From a virus: a DNA stretch of 43,003 bases. Of the stretch, positions 12,940-22,994 are shown piece after piece (positions within the stretch are counted from its first letter, which is position 1; each line of letters opens with the position of its first letter). Where the stretch lies: the IMG/VR virus record IMGVR_UViG_3300045988_008747; one strand, given 5' to 3'. A program made the translations under genes and the position numbers. The notes under the pieces are model-generated. The model was not told the DNA's origin. It made no database searches and worked only from the letters and a program-made list of their open reading frames with translations.

Positions 12940-14931
12940 TTATGTGGTAGTCATGGACGCAATGGCGTCCTCAAGATTTTTGACGACGAGATTTACGTCC
13001 CGCTGGTAGTCCAGCTTGACCCCCGCACCGTCGCTCGCTTGAACCACGGTGTCGGGCGCGTAAGCGGTGATGGCTTTGTAGGCGGCAATCTCGGCAGGAG
13101 TGAGCGGAGTTTCGATGGGGGTGGCGAGAACGTAATAGACTTTTCCCAGCTGCTTTTTGCAAGACGCGTTGAGCTGGTCGGCAAGGTTAGCCGCTATCAG
13201 ATATAAGAACTGTCCATTTACCGTATTGTAAAACCACGATAAATTAGTAAACGTACTGGTTGCGTATATTTTTTGGCCCTGGTTATACAAGGCGATTGGC
13301 ATTCCTCTTGATACAAGATTGGCGTAGTCGCCGGCTTGAACAAACTTAACGTTTTCACCGTCAACATCGACCTTGTAAACCCTCTGCACCTTCACCCCTC
13401 TCTCCAAGTCCACCTCGTCGCAAATCCACTGCTGGCCCTGCGGGTCAGTGTAGTTGCCGCCAGAGGTGACAGGGATGCCGGGTAGGCCAGTGGGAGTGTG
13501 CAGGGTGAGGATTTGTTCACGGTAGGGGGAGTAGGCGATGGATGAATCCAACGACACCATTAGCTCACTGAAAGCTGCTTCATCCTCACATTGAATGACC
13601 ATGTACTTGGATGTGGCAGAAATTTCTACTTGTCGTTTTGAATCCGCGTTTATAGCGCTAGACGGACGAACCACAGAGCCTTTAGTGGGTAGTGCATCTA
13701 CGACCGCAACACGGAATTTAGTTCCAATTTTGTTTCTCGTAACATAGTATTTAGCTCCTGTAACCACTTGCAAAACACTTGATACATTTCCGACGGCCAA
13801 ACCAACGCTGTCTGCTACCGAGTTGATAAAATATTCTTGAAACCCCTGTTCGTAAAACAGGTTCTTCCCCGTCACCTTCACCACCACGCTCCCGCCGTCA
13901 CCAGCGCTCACGATAGGCACCGGTGCATCCGGCGTGGGTGTGCCGTCCTGCGTGCTCTTACCGTACACTGTCAGGCCGCACAGGGGCACAGGGAAAGCAT
14001 CGTCAACGGAGATAGGATTGCCTGTTTCACTGCCTGTGAGGACGTTCTGCCGGGCCTTTACTGCGCTGATAGCGTCACCTGTGGCTTTTGCGTCAGCGGC
14101 TTCGCCCTCGTGGGTGAGGGAGGTGTCCAGTGCTACGGCAGGGCCGGTCTCGCCTTTAGGGCCTTGCGGGCCGGTATTACCCTTTTCGCCCTGCGGCCCC
14201 TGTGTACCCTGCGGGCCACGCTCGCCCTGAATGCCCTGAGGACCCTGCTTGCCTTGCGGCCCAGTCTCGCCCTGTGGGCCGGTGGCTCCGGTAGCACCAG
14301 TGGGGCCTTGAGGGCCTTGCTCACCCTGCGGGCCAACCGGCCCGATGGGGCCAGTGTCGCCCTTGTCACCTTTCTCACCTTTGAAGTTCCCGCTTTCGAT
14401 GCCGTCCTTCAGCTCCTGCAGGCTGTCAGCGGCTTCCTGAGCGCTCTGGTCTGCACTGCCCGCACTGGTGGCGGCTTCACTGGCTGCCGTCTGTGCATCG
14501 GTCTTGGCCTGCTCTGCGGCGGTGGCATCGGTGTGCACGGCATCCACCAGCTGCTGCCATGCAGGGGTGCCCGGTTCCGGCGTGGTGCCATCCTCCGTGC
14601 CGCTGTTGGCGCTGACACGATACCGCAGATCTGCGCTGGTCACAGTCTTTGTGCCGTCGCTGCCCTCAAAGGTGATGCACCCATTGCCGGGCTGGGCGGT
14701 CACGCTGGCGGGCACGTCCACATAGCCGTCTACCACCAGCGAGGATGCCGGGTCTTTGCCGTTCGGCACGTGCCAGAAGCAGCGGATAGCCAGCCCTGCC
14801 CACTCGCCGGTGGCGGTGACGGCAAGGCGGTACACGCCCCGGTTCTTGGTGTAGCCAAAGCGCACCAGCTGCTCATAGCCCGGCACTTTGACGACGCCAT
14901 TGGATGCGAGAGATACGCTTTGCTCAATCAT
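12940..14931 (-). CDS. Tail fiber / receptor-binding protein: BppU-like N-terminal domain, A/T/S-rich stalk, collagen-like Gly-X-Y region and an AT-richer C-terminal head
   Basis: [58 protein letters not shown]... spans 80 residues of G-X-Y. 663 aa. Confidence 0.85.
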   Translation of the reverse strand: MIEQSVSLASNGVVKVPGYEQLVRFGYTKNRGVYRLAVTATGEWAGLAIRCFWHVPNGKDPASSLVVDGYVDVPASVTAQPGNGCITFEGSDGTKTVTSADLRYRVSANSGTEDGTTPEPGTPAWQQLVDAVHTDATAAEQAKTDAQTAASEAATSAGSADQSAQEAADSLQELKDGIESGNFKGEKGDKGDTGPIGPVGPQGEQGPQGPTGATGATGPQGETGPQGKQGPQGIQGERGPQGTQGPQGEKGNTGPQGPKGETGPAVALDTSLTHEGEAADAKATGDAISAVKARQNVLTGSETGNPISVDDAFPVPLCGLTVYGKSTQDGTPTPDAPVPIVSAGDGGSVVVKVTGKNLFYEQGFQEYFINSVADSVGLAVGNVSSVLQVVTGAKYYVTRNKIGTKFRVAVVDALPTKGSVVRPSSAINADSKRQVEISATSKYMVIQCEDEAAFSELMVSLDSSIAYSPYREQILTLHTPTGLPGIPVTSGGNYTDPQGQQWICDEVDLERGVKVQRVYKVDVDGENVKFVQAGDYANLVSRGMPIALYNQGQKIYATSTFTNLSWFYNTVNGQFLYLIAANLADQLNASCKKQLGKVYYVLATPIETPLTPAEIAAYKAITAYAPDTVVQASDGAGVKLDYQRDVNLVVKNLEDAIASMTTT
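14140..14379. repeat. Collagen-like Gly-X-Y triplet repeat (about 27 triplets) inside the fiber gene
   Basis: Residues 185-264 of the 12940..14931 product. Confidence 0.9.
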
Positions 14932-14934
14932 GCT

Positions 14935-15270
14935 TTACTCCTTGTTGATGGTAGGCTTCTTTTCTGCCAGTGCCTTTTTCATCATGCTGACAGCCCTTTC
15001 AATCACGCTGTCCAGCACTTCATCGGTGATAAAAGGCTTCAGCCAGTCCGGCAGTGCGCCGCGCAGCGCGGCAAAGACCTGTGCCTTTTTCTTTGCACCC
15101 TGACCGCTGCCCATGATGCTGTCCTCAGCGATGGTCACGAGTTCCACCGCCCACTGCTTGACGTACTGCTTGTAGCCCAGCCGGATGGCACCAACGGCCA
15201 GCGCGGCAAAGCCGATGAACATCAGTACCAGTGCGATGGGTGCGGGGATAAAATTAAACATTGCTTCCAT
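14935..15270 (-). CDS. Holin, LL-H-like (N-terminal TM helix, 111 aa)
   Basis: MEAMFNFIPAPIALVLMFIGFAALAVGAI...GSGQGAKKKAQVFAALRGALPDW... GGAAGGAG RBS. Adjacent to the lysin. Confidence 0.65.
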   Translation of the reverse strand: MEAMFNFIPAPIALVLMFIGFAALAVGAIRLGYKQYVKQWAVELVTIAEDSIMGSGQGAKKKAQVFAALRGALPDWLKPFITDEVLDSVIERAVSMMKKALAEKKPTINKE

Positions 15271-15643
15271 GTTTTGTTACTCCTTCCATGAGGTAATTAT
15301 CGATTTTTTCCTTGCTGGCCTGCATAGCGGGCACGTTGTTTCCGGTCAGCTGTGCTTCCAACAGGGCACGAACGGCTTCAAGCGTCAGGCGGTTTACTTC
15401 GTCGATTTCCCCGAAGCGGGACAAATCGCGCCCAAGCGCCAAAGAATGTTGCGCATAGCCCGTTTCTAGCGTTTGCAAGCGCTTGTCCATCTCGTCAAGC
15501 CGTTTGTTCTGCGCATCGTCGGGGGCCTGTGCATTTTTGACGTACTTGTGGATGATGTCCAGCACCTTGTCGATGGTGATGACCGCAGCGCACAGGCTGC
15601 CCAGGATGCCCAGCACCCACAGTAAAGCTTCTTTTTCGCTCAT
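15254..15643 (-). CDS. Membrane-anchored coiled-coil protein (lysis accessory or second holin candidate)
   Basis: N-terminal TM segment ALLWVLGILGSLCAAVITI followed by a helical region. Lies between the lysin and the holin. Confidence 0.6.
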   Translation of the reverse strand: MSEKEALLWVLGILGSLCAAVITIDKVLDIIHKYVKNAQAPDDAQNKRLDEMDKRLQTLETGYAQHSLALGRDLSRFGEIDEVNRLTLEAVRALLEAQLTGNNVPAMQASKEKIDNYLMEGVTKHGSNV

Positions 15644-16422
15644 TTACCCTCCCGGAGACGGGTCAGACCATTCTTGCGGATGATACGGGGGTAGTTGAGG
15701 GTGGTGACGTTGAGGTCTACGTTGCCCGTAATGCCCGGCACGCTGCCCTTGCTGGTGTGCTGGTGAGCGTTGTAGTTAAACGTCACGTTGGGCGTCTTGC
15801 CGGTGTAGTCGGCAAGCCAGACGTCCCACCGAGAGGACAGCCGAGCCATGTCCAGCTCGTACTTGTAACCGGTGTAGGTGTACAGTTGGGCGTAAAAACC
15901 CATCCGCTCCACCTGTTCCAGCGCGTAAGCGGTAAGGTTGGACAGATCAAGCGTGGACAGCTGCTTGAGCTTGTTTTCCTCCACGTCCACCGCGAGGGGC
16001 ATGGTAAGCTCCTTGCCCCGCACGGCTTCTCGCACAAGGGCCAGCTCTGCATCTGCCATCGCCTCGCTGGTGGCGTAGGTGTAGTAGTAGACGCCCACGT
16101 CCAGCCCGGCAGCCCGGGCGTTTTTGTAGTTGTCCTCAAAGGTGGGGTCGATGTACAGGCCGTCTGCCCGCTTGGAAAGCTTGCGGTTGGTGCTTACCGT
16201 CTTGAGCATCGCTCCCTTGTAGCCTGCCGCTGCCACCTGCGCCCAGTCGATCGCACCCTGATAGCGGCTCACGTCGATGTACCGGTATGGCGGGTCGCCC
16301 TCCCATCCGGTGACGGCCTCCTCAACGGGAGTCTCTCTGGGCGTTTCCGGCGCAGGACTTTCGCTGTCCCTGCCAAAGAGCGCCTTCACCAGCCAAGCCA
16401 GAAATTCCAAAAGTTTTTCCAT
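15640..16422 (-). CDS. GH25 muramidase endolysin with an N-terminal hydrophobic helix and P/E linker; no recognisable wall-binding domain
   Basis: YRYIDVSRYQGAIDWAQVAAAGYKGAMLK...GLDVGVYYYTYA...VDVEE...WLADY are GH25 motifs. CAGGAGAAG RBS. Confidence 0.9.
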   Translation of the reverse strand: MEKLLEFLAWLVKALFGRDSESPAPETPRETPVEEAVTGWEGDPPYRYIDVSRYQGAIDWAQVAAAGYKGAMLKTVSTNRKLSKRADGLYIDPTFEDNYKNARAAGLDVGVYYYTYATSEAMADAELALVREAVRGKELTMPLAVDVEENKLKQLSTLDLSNLTAYALEQVERMGFYAQLYTYTGYKYELDMARLSSRWDVWLADYTGKTPNVTFNYNAHQHTSKGSVPGITGNVDLNVTTLNYPRIIRKNGLTRLREGK

Positions 16423-16425
16423 CGC

Positions 16426-16578
16426 TTACTTCTCCTGTACAATCTCCTCAAAGCCGCTCTTGATAAGAATTGCTTTGACTTTCTCCTTCAGCAGGCGGGG
16501 GCAGCGCTTATACAGTGCCTTTGCCTCCTCCACAGTCTCAGCAGACATAATTTCCTGTGCCCACAACATCGCCATCAT
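16426..16578 (-). CDS. Small CD1375/XkdX-like protein (50 aa)
   Basis: GAAAGGA lies 8 nt before the ATG at 16578. MMAMLWAQEIMSAETVEEAKALYKRCPRLLKEKVKAILIKSGFEEIV. Confidence 0.5.
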   Translation of the reverse strand: MMAMLWAQEIMSAETVEEAKALYKRCPRLLKEKVKAILIKSGFEEIVQEK

Positions 16579-16609
16579 AAATACCATCCTTTCGATTTTT
16601 TGTGTGATT

Positions 16610-16966
16610 TTATGCATACACAATCTCGCTCATTTCAAGCAAGCATTGTTTGAGCATCTCGTTTTCTTTTTTCAGCGTCTTGCTATCTTCCTGCAGTGCC
16701 GCCACCGTCTCCGGCAGCTTATCCTTTGCTTCCTGTTTTTTGCGCTCTTCCTCCTGCGCGGCGAGCTCTTCGGCGGTGGGCGGCTGTACGATTCCATCCT
16801 CTGCGATGGCGTAGCAGTGCTCTTTATCCTCAATACGCCATCGCATACTGCCAACGCCGCAAGCAGCGTTGTGGGCGGTTACAGCGTCTGCCATAGCGGT
16901 ATATGCATCGCATTGTGCCTGCGTCATAACAGGCTTTGCAATGGTATACCCGAGTGTAATATCCAT
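16610..16966 (-). CDS. Hypothetical fiber-associated protein (118 aa, C-terminal coiled coil)
   Basis: AAGGAGG RBS. MDITLGYTIAKPVMTQAQCDAYTAMADAV... Confidence 0.65.
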   Translation of the reverse strand: MDITLGYTIAKPVMTQAQCDAYTAMADAVTAHNAACGVGSMRWRIEDKEHCYAIAEDGIVQPPTAEELAAQEEERKKQEAKDKLPETVAALQEDSKTLKKENEMLKQCLLEMSEIVYA

Positions 16967-16978
16967 GTAGGCACCTCC

Positions 16979-17824
16979 TTATTTCCAGCGCCCGATTACG
17001 ATCAAGGTACTATACGGGTCATCGTTGTATCGGTTGTAAGCACCTTTGATTTCCACTCTATCCGTTGTTTTTTTGTTAACGTAAAAGTTATTGGAATCCG
17101 TGTCACTGATTGATGAAGTTTTCATGCCAGCAACCGCATAAGTAGTATCGATAAACGGCACGGGGAACGCGAAAACATGGTAGGTGCTCCGGTCGGTCAG
17201 CTTCGCTGTATTCCAGCAGATCTGCGTGCCGTCCGAGAAACGGATATAACCGTTACCGCTGGCGGTGATCGCGGATGCCGCGCTGATCTGCTGCTGCAGC
17301 GTGGTTTGCATTGCCTTCAGCAGCGCGTCCACCTTGGTCTTGCTGTAGAAAATCACGTTGCCCTCAGAGTCGAGGATGACATCCTTGCCCACTTTTTCGG
17401 CCAGCGCGTCACCAGTAGCCTTTGCGTCAGCCGGGGCACCCTCAATGCTCAGCGTCTTGTCGGTGCTCACAATGGCCGCAGCCCTGTTCGCGCTTTCTTC
17501 AGCAGAAGCGGCAGAGCTTCCCGCGCTCTTTGCGTCTGCGGACGCTGACTGTGCGCTTTTGTCCGCGTTGGCGGCGGCAGTCTTGGACATGCTTTCGCTC
17601 TCTGCAGCTGCTGCGGCCTTTTCCGCCGCGGTGCTGGCTGCTCCGGTGGCGGTCTGAGCGGCCTGCAGGGCGGCCTGCTGCTGGCCTGTCACTTCCTCGG
17701 CGTACTGCTTAACGTACTCCATGCCCTGTGCGATGTCCTCGCGGACTTCCACGCCGCGCTCTGCGGTGCGAATCCCAGCGATTGCTTCGTCAAATGTCTT
17801 ATCCGTAAAATCACCCCTTTGCAA
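16979..17824 (-). CDS. Tail fiber protein with an A/S-rich stalk and a gp53-like C-terminal head
   Basis: Putative TTG start preceded by GAAGG. ...ASGNGYIRFSDGTQICWNTAKL...STLIVIGRWK. Confidence 0.7.
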   Translation of the reverse strand: MQRGDFTDKTFDEAIAGIRTAERGVEVREDIAQGMEYVKQYAEEVTGQQQAALQAAQTATGAASTAAEKAAAAAESESMSKTAAANADKSAQSASADAKSAGSSAASAEESANRAAAIVSTDKTLSIEGAPADAKATGDALAEKVGKDVILDSEGNVIFYSKTKVDALLKAMQTTLQQQISAASAITASGNGYIRFSDGTQICWNTAKLTDRSTYHVFAFPVPFIDTTYAVAGMKTSSISDTDSNNFYVNKKTTDRVEIKGAYNRYNDDPYSTLIVIGRWK

Positions 17825-19472
17825 CAGCGTAACCCTTCAGGGCGCGGCTCAGGTCGTAGGCGTCGCCCGCTTTCCGGGCACTCAGGGCCTGCAGGTCGCT
17901 AATGCTGGAAAACTCGACGCCAAGTGTAAACTCCTTCTTGTCCGGTGCATCCAGCGGTTCCACCAGCTTGGAGCACAAAAGCCATGTATCGACCCCGTGC
18001 GGGCCGGAATAGATGTGGGTCATCTTCCCAAATCCGATGCGACCGATATCAATGCCTGCATCCTTCAGATCCACAGCCTTCACTGTGATGCCGTCCAGAT
18101 ATCGTAGGTTGTTTGCAAGCTCTTCGTCCGCTGCATCCTGCAAAGATTGCAGCGTACTGGCCGTGCCATCAACGACGATCACGCGCGTGATGATGCCGAA
18201 AAGCTTTTGTGCTGTAAGATCGTTCGCAGTTGCCGTGATAGTTTTTGTCGTCTCCCAGATAAACCATCCGCTCGTCTGCTTGCCAACTGCAACGACCCTG
18301 GTAACGATGTCCTCGGCCTTGACGTAACTGGTCAGATCCAAAAGATTTGTTCCAAACGCAATGGGCTGCGGGTTCTTTTCGGTGATCTGGTCGAGATAAT
18401 CCAGATACCGGGTGCCGTTGCTGTGGCGCACGATCAGATACCCGCCGTACTTTTCCACCAGCTCGTCCTGCAGAGTGTCCCATGTGACACCGCTGTTTTT
18501 GCCGTCACCGAAATCATACAGTGCGTCTTGCTCCGTCACAGAAAAATCCGGGTCAACAGCCCCGTTTATGGAGACCTCATATCTTCCGTCAGACTTTTTA
18601 GTGACGGAAATCTTCGGAGCAATCGTTGCATTGCTCATGTCAAAAACTGCGCGGTTTCCGAAGTCGATCGAGTGCAAAGCGCTTTCAATTTTGGCGCTCT
18701 TAATAGAAATATCTGCTTTGTACGTTTTTCCGTTTGCCGAATACACGGCGTTCAGCATGACGGAAAATAAGTTATCTCCCGTACGGGTCACCATAATTCC
18801 GCCGTTGTATCCGCCGGAATTATAGTGGGGTTCACCGATCGCCCAGCTGAAAGATGGCGGTTTTGTGGAGTCGCCCTTAATGCCACTGAAATACGAACTT
18901 ACGATTGTTTTCCCGCTTTTCGACATCAGATGCCAATCATAAATATGATCTCCATCATCGTCATAACTCACACTACCCTGCTTGAAATAGCAGCCCGCCT
19001 GTACAGGGACAAGATAGCGCTCTCCGACGCTCACATTTCCGCAGACAAAGCTTTTGTATGCGTCCACCTGCTGGCTGTGATTTTCGCACAGGAAGGTGAG
19101 AAAATCCCGGATGGTGACATTCTTTGCCGTGTAGGGAGCCAGAGCGCTGTCATTGAGATAGGCCAGTTCTCCTTCGCAGTAGACCTTTTGCCGGAGCAGA
19201 AAATCCTGCTCGTGGCTCATGGGACGGCCTTCCCAGATGATCTCGCCGTCCTGTTCCACCGAGATGGTGGTGCGGAGTTTCTGCAGCGCCGAGTGCGCCA
19301 CGTTGCCCAGCGGGATGGTGAACTCAAATGAACCAGCTTTACCCACTTCGCGGGTCAGCGTGGGGCTGATTAGCTTTTTCGTGTCGGTAATATCGCTGAT
19401 ATCGTGGATACAGACCTTGGTTTCCCATGTGTCTACATCCGTCTGCACACCAGCATAAACTTTGTAGCTCAT
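17811..19472 (-). CDS. Tail-associated protein (Tal; prophage-tail / minor-structural-protein N-terminal type)
   Basis: 553 aa immediately after Dit. ...LISPTLTREVGKAGSFEFTIPLGN...TISVEQDGEIIWEGRPM...YCEGELAYLND. Confidence 0.8.
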   Translation of the reverse strand: MSYKVYAGVQTDVDTWETKVCIHDISDITDTKKLISPTLTREVGKAGSFEFTIPLGNVAHSALQKLRTTISVEQDGEIIWEGRPMSHEQDFLLRQKVYCEGELAYLNDSALAPYTAKNVTIRDFLTFLCENHSQQVDAYKSFVCGNVSVGERYLVPVQAGCYFKQGSVSYDDDGDHIYDWHLMSKSGKTIVSSYFSGIKGDSTKPPSFSWAIGEPHYNSGGYNGGIMVTRTGDNLFSVMLNAVYSANGKTYKADISIKSAKIESALHSIDFGNRAVFDMSNATIAPKISVTKKSDGRYEVSINGAVDPDFSVTEQDALYDFGDGKNSGVTWDTLQDELVEKYGGYLIVRHSNGTRYLDYLDQITEKNPQPIAFGTNLLDLTSYVKAEDIVTRVVAVGKQTSGWFIWETTKTITATANDLTAQKLFGIITRVIVVDGTASTLQSLQDAADEELANNLRYLDGITVKAVDLKDAGIDIGRIGFGKMTHIYSGPHGVDTWLLCSKLVEPLDAPDKKEFTLGVEFSSISDLQALSARKAGDAYDLSRALKGYAVAKG

Positions 19473-20209
19473 AGGCTTGCCCCCAAATACTTGATGCTGA
19501 TGCTGCAGTTTTCCGATGCAGCGAAAACAAGGGTGCCCACCACACCATCCGGCATGGTAAGGCCCTCGATATACTGCCAGTCGGTGGACTTGGCCAGAAT
19601 GCCTACCTCAAAGCCATTGAGGGACACCGCAATGTCGGCGGCGGTCTCGCTGCGCTTGAAGTAGATGCCGGCCGCTCTTGGTGCACCGGTGACGGTTACG
19701 GTGATGTCCTTGTTGGCTTTGAGCTGGATATCCGTATAATTGCGGATAATTGCCGTATCAAATACAAGGTCATCCCACAGCCAGTCATCAGAGCCGTCGT
19801 ACACGCTGCGCTTGAATGGATCACAGGTGCCCGTGATGGTGAATGCACTGGAAAACCTGTTGCGTGTCATAGACACGCTCCACAGCCCCTCCCAATAGAA
19901 AGACGGGTCATCGTCGAATTTGCACTGTAGCCATTTGCCATGGATGGCGTTTGCGATCTGACTGTAAAGATTCGACCAGGTCTTTTTTGGTGCCCTGCAC
20001 AGCAGCTCCATGGTGATGGTACGCTTTTTGTAGTGCGGGCGGCCATCCAGTGCATCCGTCAGGTTGAGCAGCGTATCAGAGCCGGGCACCTGCACCAGAT
20101 ACTCGTCTACCTCTGCATCGCTGATCTTTGGGCTGCCAACTTTGAGATACAGACCCCAGTCTGTCAGGGTGTGGTAATCGCCGATTTTTGCGCCCAGAAG
20201 TTTTGCCAT
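19469..20209 (-). CDS. Distal tail protein (Dit, siphovirus tail component)
   Basis: 246 aa directly after the tape measure gene (TAATG overlap). MAKLLGAKIGDYHTLTDWGLYLKVGSPKIS... Confidence 0.8.
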   Translation of the reverse strand: MAKLLGAKIGDYHTLTDWGLYLKVGSPKISDAEVDEYLVQVPGSDTLLNLTDALDGRPHYKKRTITMELLCRAPKKTWSNLYSQIANAIHGKWLQCKFDDDPSFYWEGLWSVSMTRNRFSSAFTITGTCDPFKRSVYDGSDDWLWDDLVFDTAIIRNYTDIQLKANKDITVTVTGAPRAAGIYFKRSETAADIAVSLNGFEVGILAKSTDWQYIEGLTMPDGVVGTLVFAASENCSISIKYLGASL

Positions 20210-22983
20210 TACACGCCCCTCGCTTTCCGTGTCACGGTCACACCAATGCGCGCGTCAACATTTTGTGCCATCCTGGGCGAAATAACGCCCACCAGCTCAC
20301 CGGAATCCATGACCACCTGACCCTTGCCGATGTCTGGCAGATGCTCGTCCAGCATCCCTTCAATGCGTTCCAGAATGCTGGTCTGCCGGTCAACAATGGA
20401 CTGCTGGCCGGTAACGCGGTACTGTAGGGCCGCGCGGGTGGAGAACTCGCTCAGGCTGTCGTAAACGCCGGCGTCCTCAAAGGGGCTGCGGTAGTGGCTG
20501 ACCGGGGCTTTGTTCTTCCGGCTGTTTGCCAACGCGGCAATGCCGATGCCGCCCGCGACCGCGCCCAGACCGAGAATCAGCGCAAGGATGGGGTTCGCGG
20601 CGACAAAGGAAACGATACCGCCCAGTGCGGATGTGATGCCGCTTGCCATGCCGGAAAAGCTCTGAATGATCGAGCCGATTGCGCCGCCTACGCCGCCGGA
20701 TCCGGCAAGGCCGTTGACGATCTCGCCCAGAGATTTTACTTCGGTCGTGACGCCCTTGATTGCCATGGTCACACCGTCTGCATTCTTGGTGATGCCGTTG
20801 CCGAAAATGGCCTTGACTGCATCAAAAGCATTGCTCAGACCGCCGCCGGAATAGGCTTCGTTGACAGCGCCCATGGCGTCAACAAACCACTTGGAGATCA
20901 CTTCGCGCTGACCCTGCGACACTTCGCCCCAGATCAGGTTGGTGATATCCAGCGCGATGCCGCCCCAGTCCTGATTTTTGGCGTCATTCACGATGTTTTT
21001 GATAATGCCGAAAATGCCCTTGCCGGACTCCTCGGAAGCGCCGGACAAATACTGCTCGATGCGGCTCTGCACGCCCTTGACGCTGTTGTCAATAGCGGTT
21101 GCGGTCTCTGTGGCCTTATCCTTGACGCCGTCCACATAGGTGACGACTTTCTCGTAGGTCTCCGCTGCGCCGTTGACGATGCGCTCGCCGGTCTCGGTCA
21201 CGGTGCGCTTGACGTGCTCGGAGCCGTCGGCGTAGGTCTCGGTGGCTTCCTGCACCTTGGTGGTGATGCCCGCAAAAGTGTTTTCCGCCACCTTGGTCAG
21301 GGTTCCGGTGAGCACCTTTGACATGTCATCATAGACCTTGGTGGTCTTGGTGACTACGCCGTCAACAACGGTGTTGACCTTTTTGTAGGTGGTAGCTACG
21401 CCGTTGACCATTTCCTTGCCGGTCTCGGTTGTGGTCGTGGTCACGCGGTCCTTGATCTTGCCCGCAGAGTCTTTGACCTTTTCCTGCAGGGTCTCCACAC
21501 TGGTGGTCACGGCACCCAGCGCGTTCATGGCGCTGGTCGTGACGGTGTTGGACACCGACGCAATGACCTTTTCGGTGGTGGATTTTTTTCCTGTGGATTT
21601 TTTGCCGCCGCCACCGCCTGTGGTGACGATAGAGCTGCCCCCACTGCCATTGGCTGCCGCCAGCTCTGCCTGACGCTCAGACCAGCTTTTGTTGCTGATG
21701 CCAACGCCTTTTAAGGCGTTTTGCCGCAACCTGTTACGGTTGCTCTGCCGGTTATTTGCATCCGCGTACTCTTCGTAGGTATCGAAGTCAGCCGTGGCCG
21801 CTTTTCCGAGAAAACGGTTGAGCTTATAGCTCAGCTGATCCAGCCATGTGGTGGATTTGCTCGCGAAGTCCTTGAAAGCGTTTTTTGCCGTGTTGATAGG
21901 CTCCGTCAGGCCGGTAATCGCGCCTGCGAGACCAATCCAGCCGTCCGTTTTGTAGGCTTCCTGCGCCTTTACGATCAGATCATTCAGATTTCCGATTATA
22001 ACGCCGACGCCGCTGGATAAATCGCCGGTCAGCAATCCCGCCAGCTGCTTTACATTGTCCTGCAGGGTAGACACGCGGCCATTCATGGTCTGGCTCTGGG
22101 TGTCCATGCTGCCGTAGTAGCGTCCACCTTCTTCCGACGCAGCCTGTAGGGCCTGGGTCAGAAGATCATAACTGATAGTCATTTTCTGCACTTCAGCGGT
22201 GGACTTGCCTGTGTAGTCGGCCAGCAGACCGTAAATATTGATGCCTGCATAAGCAAACTGCTTGATGTCGATTGCGGAGGCTTTGCCGACATTGGCAATC
22301 TGCTGTAAGTTGGCTGCCATACGGGACAGCTCCGCATTGCTTCCGCCTGTAGCCGATACGGCATTTCCCAATGCCATGATCGTTTTTTCAGCGTAGGTGG
22401 CGTTTTCACCTGCGCCGATCAGCAGCTGATTTGCCTGTGTAAGAGCTTCCACGCTGAACGGTGTGCGTGCTGCATCCTGCTGGATCTGGTCAATTGCCTG
22501 TTGTGCGGCTTCTGCGCTGCCTAACATATTGGTAAACCCAACGGTGTAGCTCTCGATCTGGGCGTTATAGTCAATTCCGCTCTGGATAAAGCCCTTTGCG
22601 GCACTGAGTGCAGCGGAGCCGAGCTTCGAGAAAATGCCCGCCATGACTGTGCCTTGTGCAATAGCACCGGCCAGAGACTTGCTGGACCCCGATGCGGCAT
22701 CCCCAAAGCTGTTCATGTACCCTTCCGCAGTCCTTAGCCCTTGTGCCGTGGTATTGAGTTGGGCCTGAGCTTCTTTCAGCTTCTGGGCAAATTCCTTAGT
22801 TTCTTTGGAGGCTTCCCCGGTCTCTTTCCGTGATTTCTGATAGGCTGCCGTAAGGTGAATGACCTCACTGTACAGCCGGTTATAATCCTTCATCATGGTG
22901 GAGACAGCGGTCTTAGTCTGAGACTTTGCCTCTTCCACGCCCTGCCGGTATGCGCTGTCGTCCAGCCCGAGGGTGGCGCTCAA
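20209..22983 (-). CDS. Tail tape measure protein (924 aa)
   Basis: Size, position after G/GT, helical A/G/T-rich composition and a C-terminal hydrophobic Gly-rich segment. The annotated start is TTG with a weak RBS, so the start is uncertain. Confidence 0.9.
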   Translation of the reverse strand: MSATLGLDDSAYRQGVEEAKSQTKTAVSTMMKDYNRLYSEVIHLTAAYQKSRKETGEASKETKEFAQKLKEAQAQLNTTAQGLRTAEGYMNSFGDAASGSSKSLAGAIAQGTVMAGIFSKLGSAALSAAKGFIQSGIDYNAQIESYTVGFTNMLGSAEAAQQAIDQIQQDAARTPFSVEALTQANQLLIGAGENATYAEKTIMALGNAVSATGGSNAELSRMAANLQQIANVGKASAIDIKQFAYAGINIYGLLADYTGKSTAEVQKMTISYDLLTQALQAASEEGGRYYGSMDTQSQTMNGRVSTLQDNVKQLAGLLTGDLSSGVGVIIGNLNDLIVKAQEAYKTDGWIGLAGAITGLTEPINTAKNAFKDFASKSTTWLDQLSYKLNRFLGKAATADFDTYEEYADANNRQSNRNRLRQNALKGVGISNKSWSERQAELAAANGSGGSSIVTTGGGGGKKSTGKKSTTEKVIASVSNTVTTSAMNALGAVTTSVETLQEKVKDSAGKIKDRVTTTTTETGKEMVNGVATTYKKVNTVVDGVVTKTTKVYDDMSKVLTGTLTKVAENTFAGITTKVQEATETYADGSEHVKRTVTETGERIVNGAAETYEKVVTYVDGVKDKATETATAIDNSVKGVQSRIEQYLSGASEESGKGIFGIIKNIVNDAKNQDWGGIALDITNLIWGEVSQGQREVISKWFVDAMGAVNEAYSGGGLSNAFDAVKAIFGNGITKNADGVTMAIKGVTTEVKSLGEIVNGLAGSGGVGGAIGSIIQSFSGMASGITSALGGIVSFVAANPILALILGLGAVAGGIGIAALANSRKNKAPVSHYRSPFEDAGVYDSLSEFSTRAALQYRVTGQQSIVDRQTSILERIEGMLDEHLPDIGKGQVVMDSGELVGVISPRMAQNVDARIGVTVTRKARGV

Positions 22984-22994
22984 TTCAAAAAGTT

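Noticed and set aside
13837-15291. Long plus-strand ORFs antisense to structural and replication genes: 1167..2021, 13837..15291, 15757..16653, 16277..17113, 25851..27071, 27793..28899, 29540..30439, 31108..32340, 36596..37423, 36882..37739, 37469..38320, 39594..40364 and 40575..41456.
   Set aside because: These are shadow ORFs typical of GC-rich DNA. They have no RBS and an R/A/G/L/H-rich low-complexity composition. Each is fully covered by a minus-strand gene with recognisable motifs.
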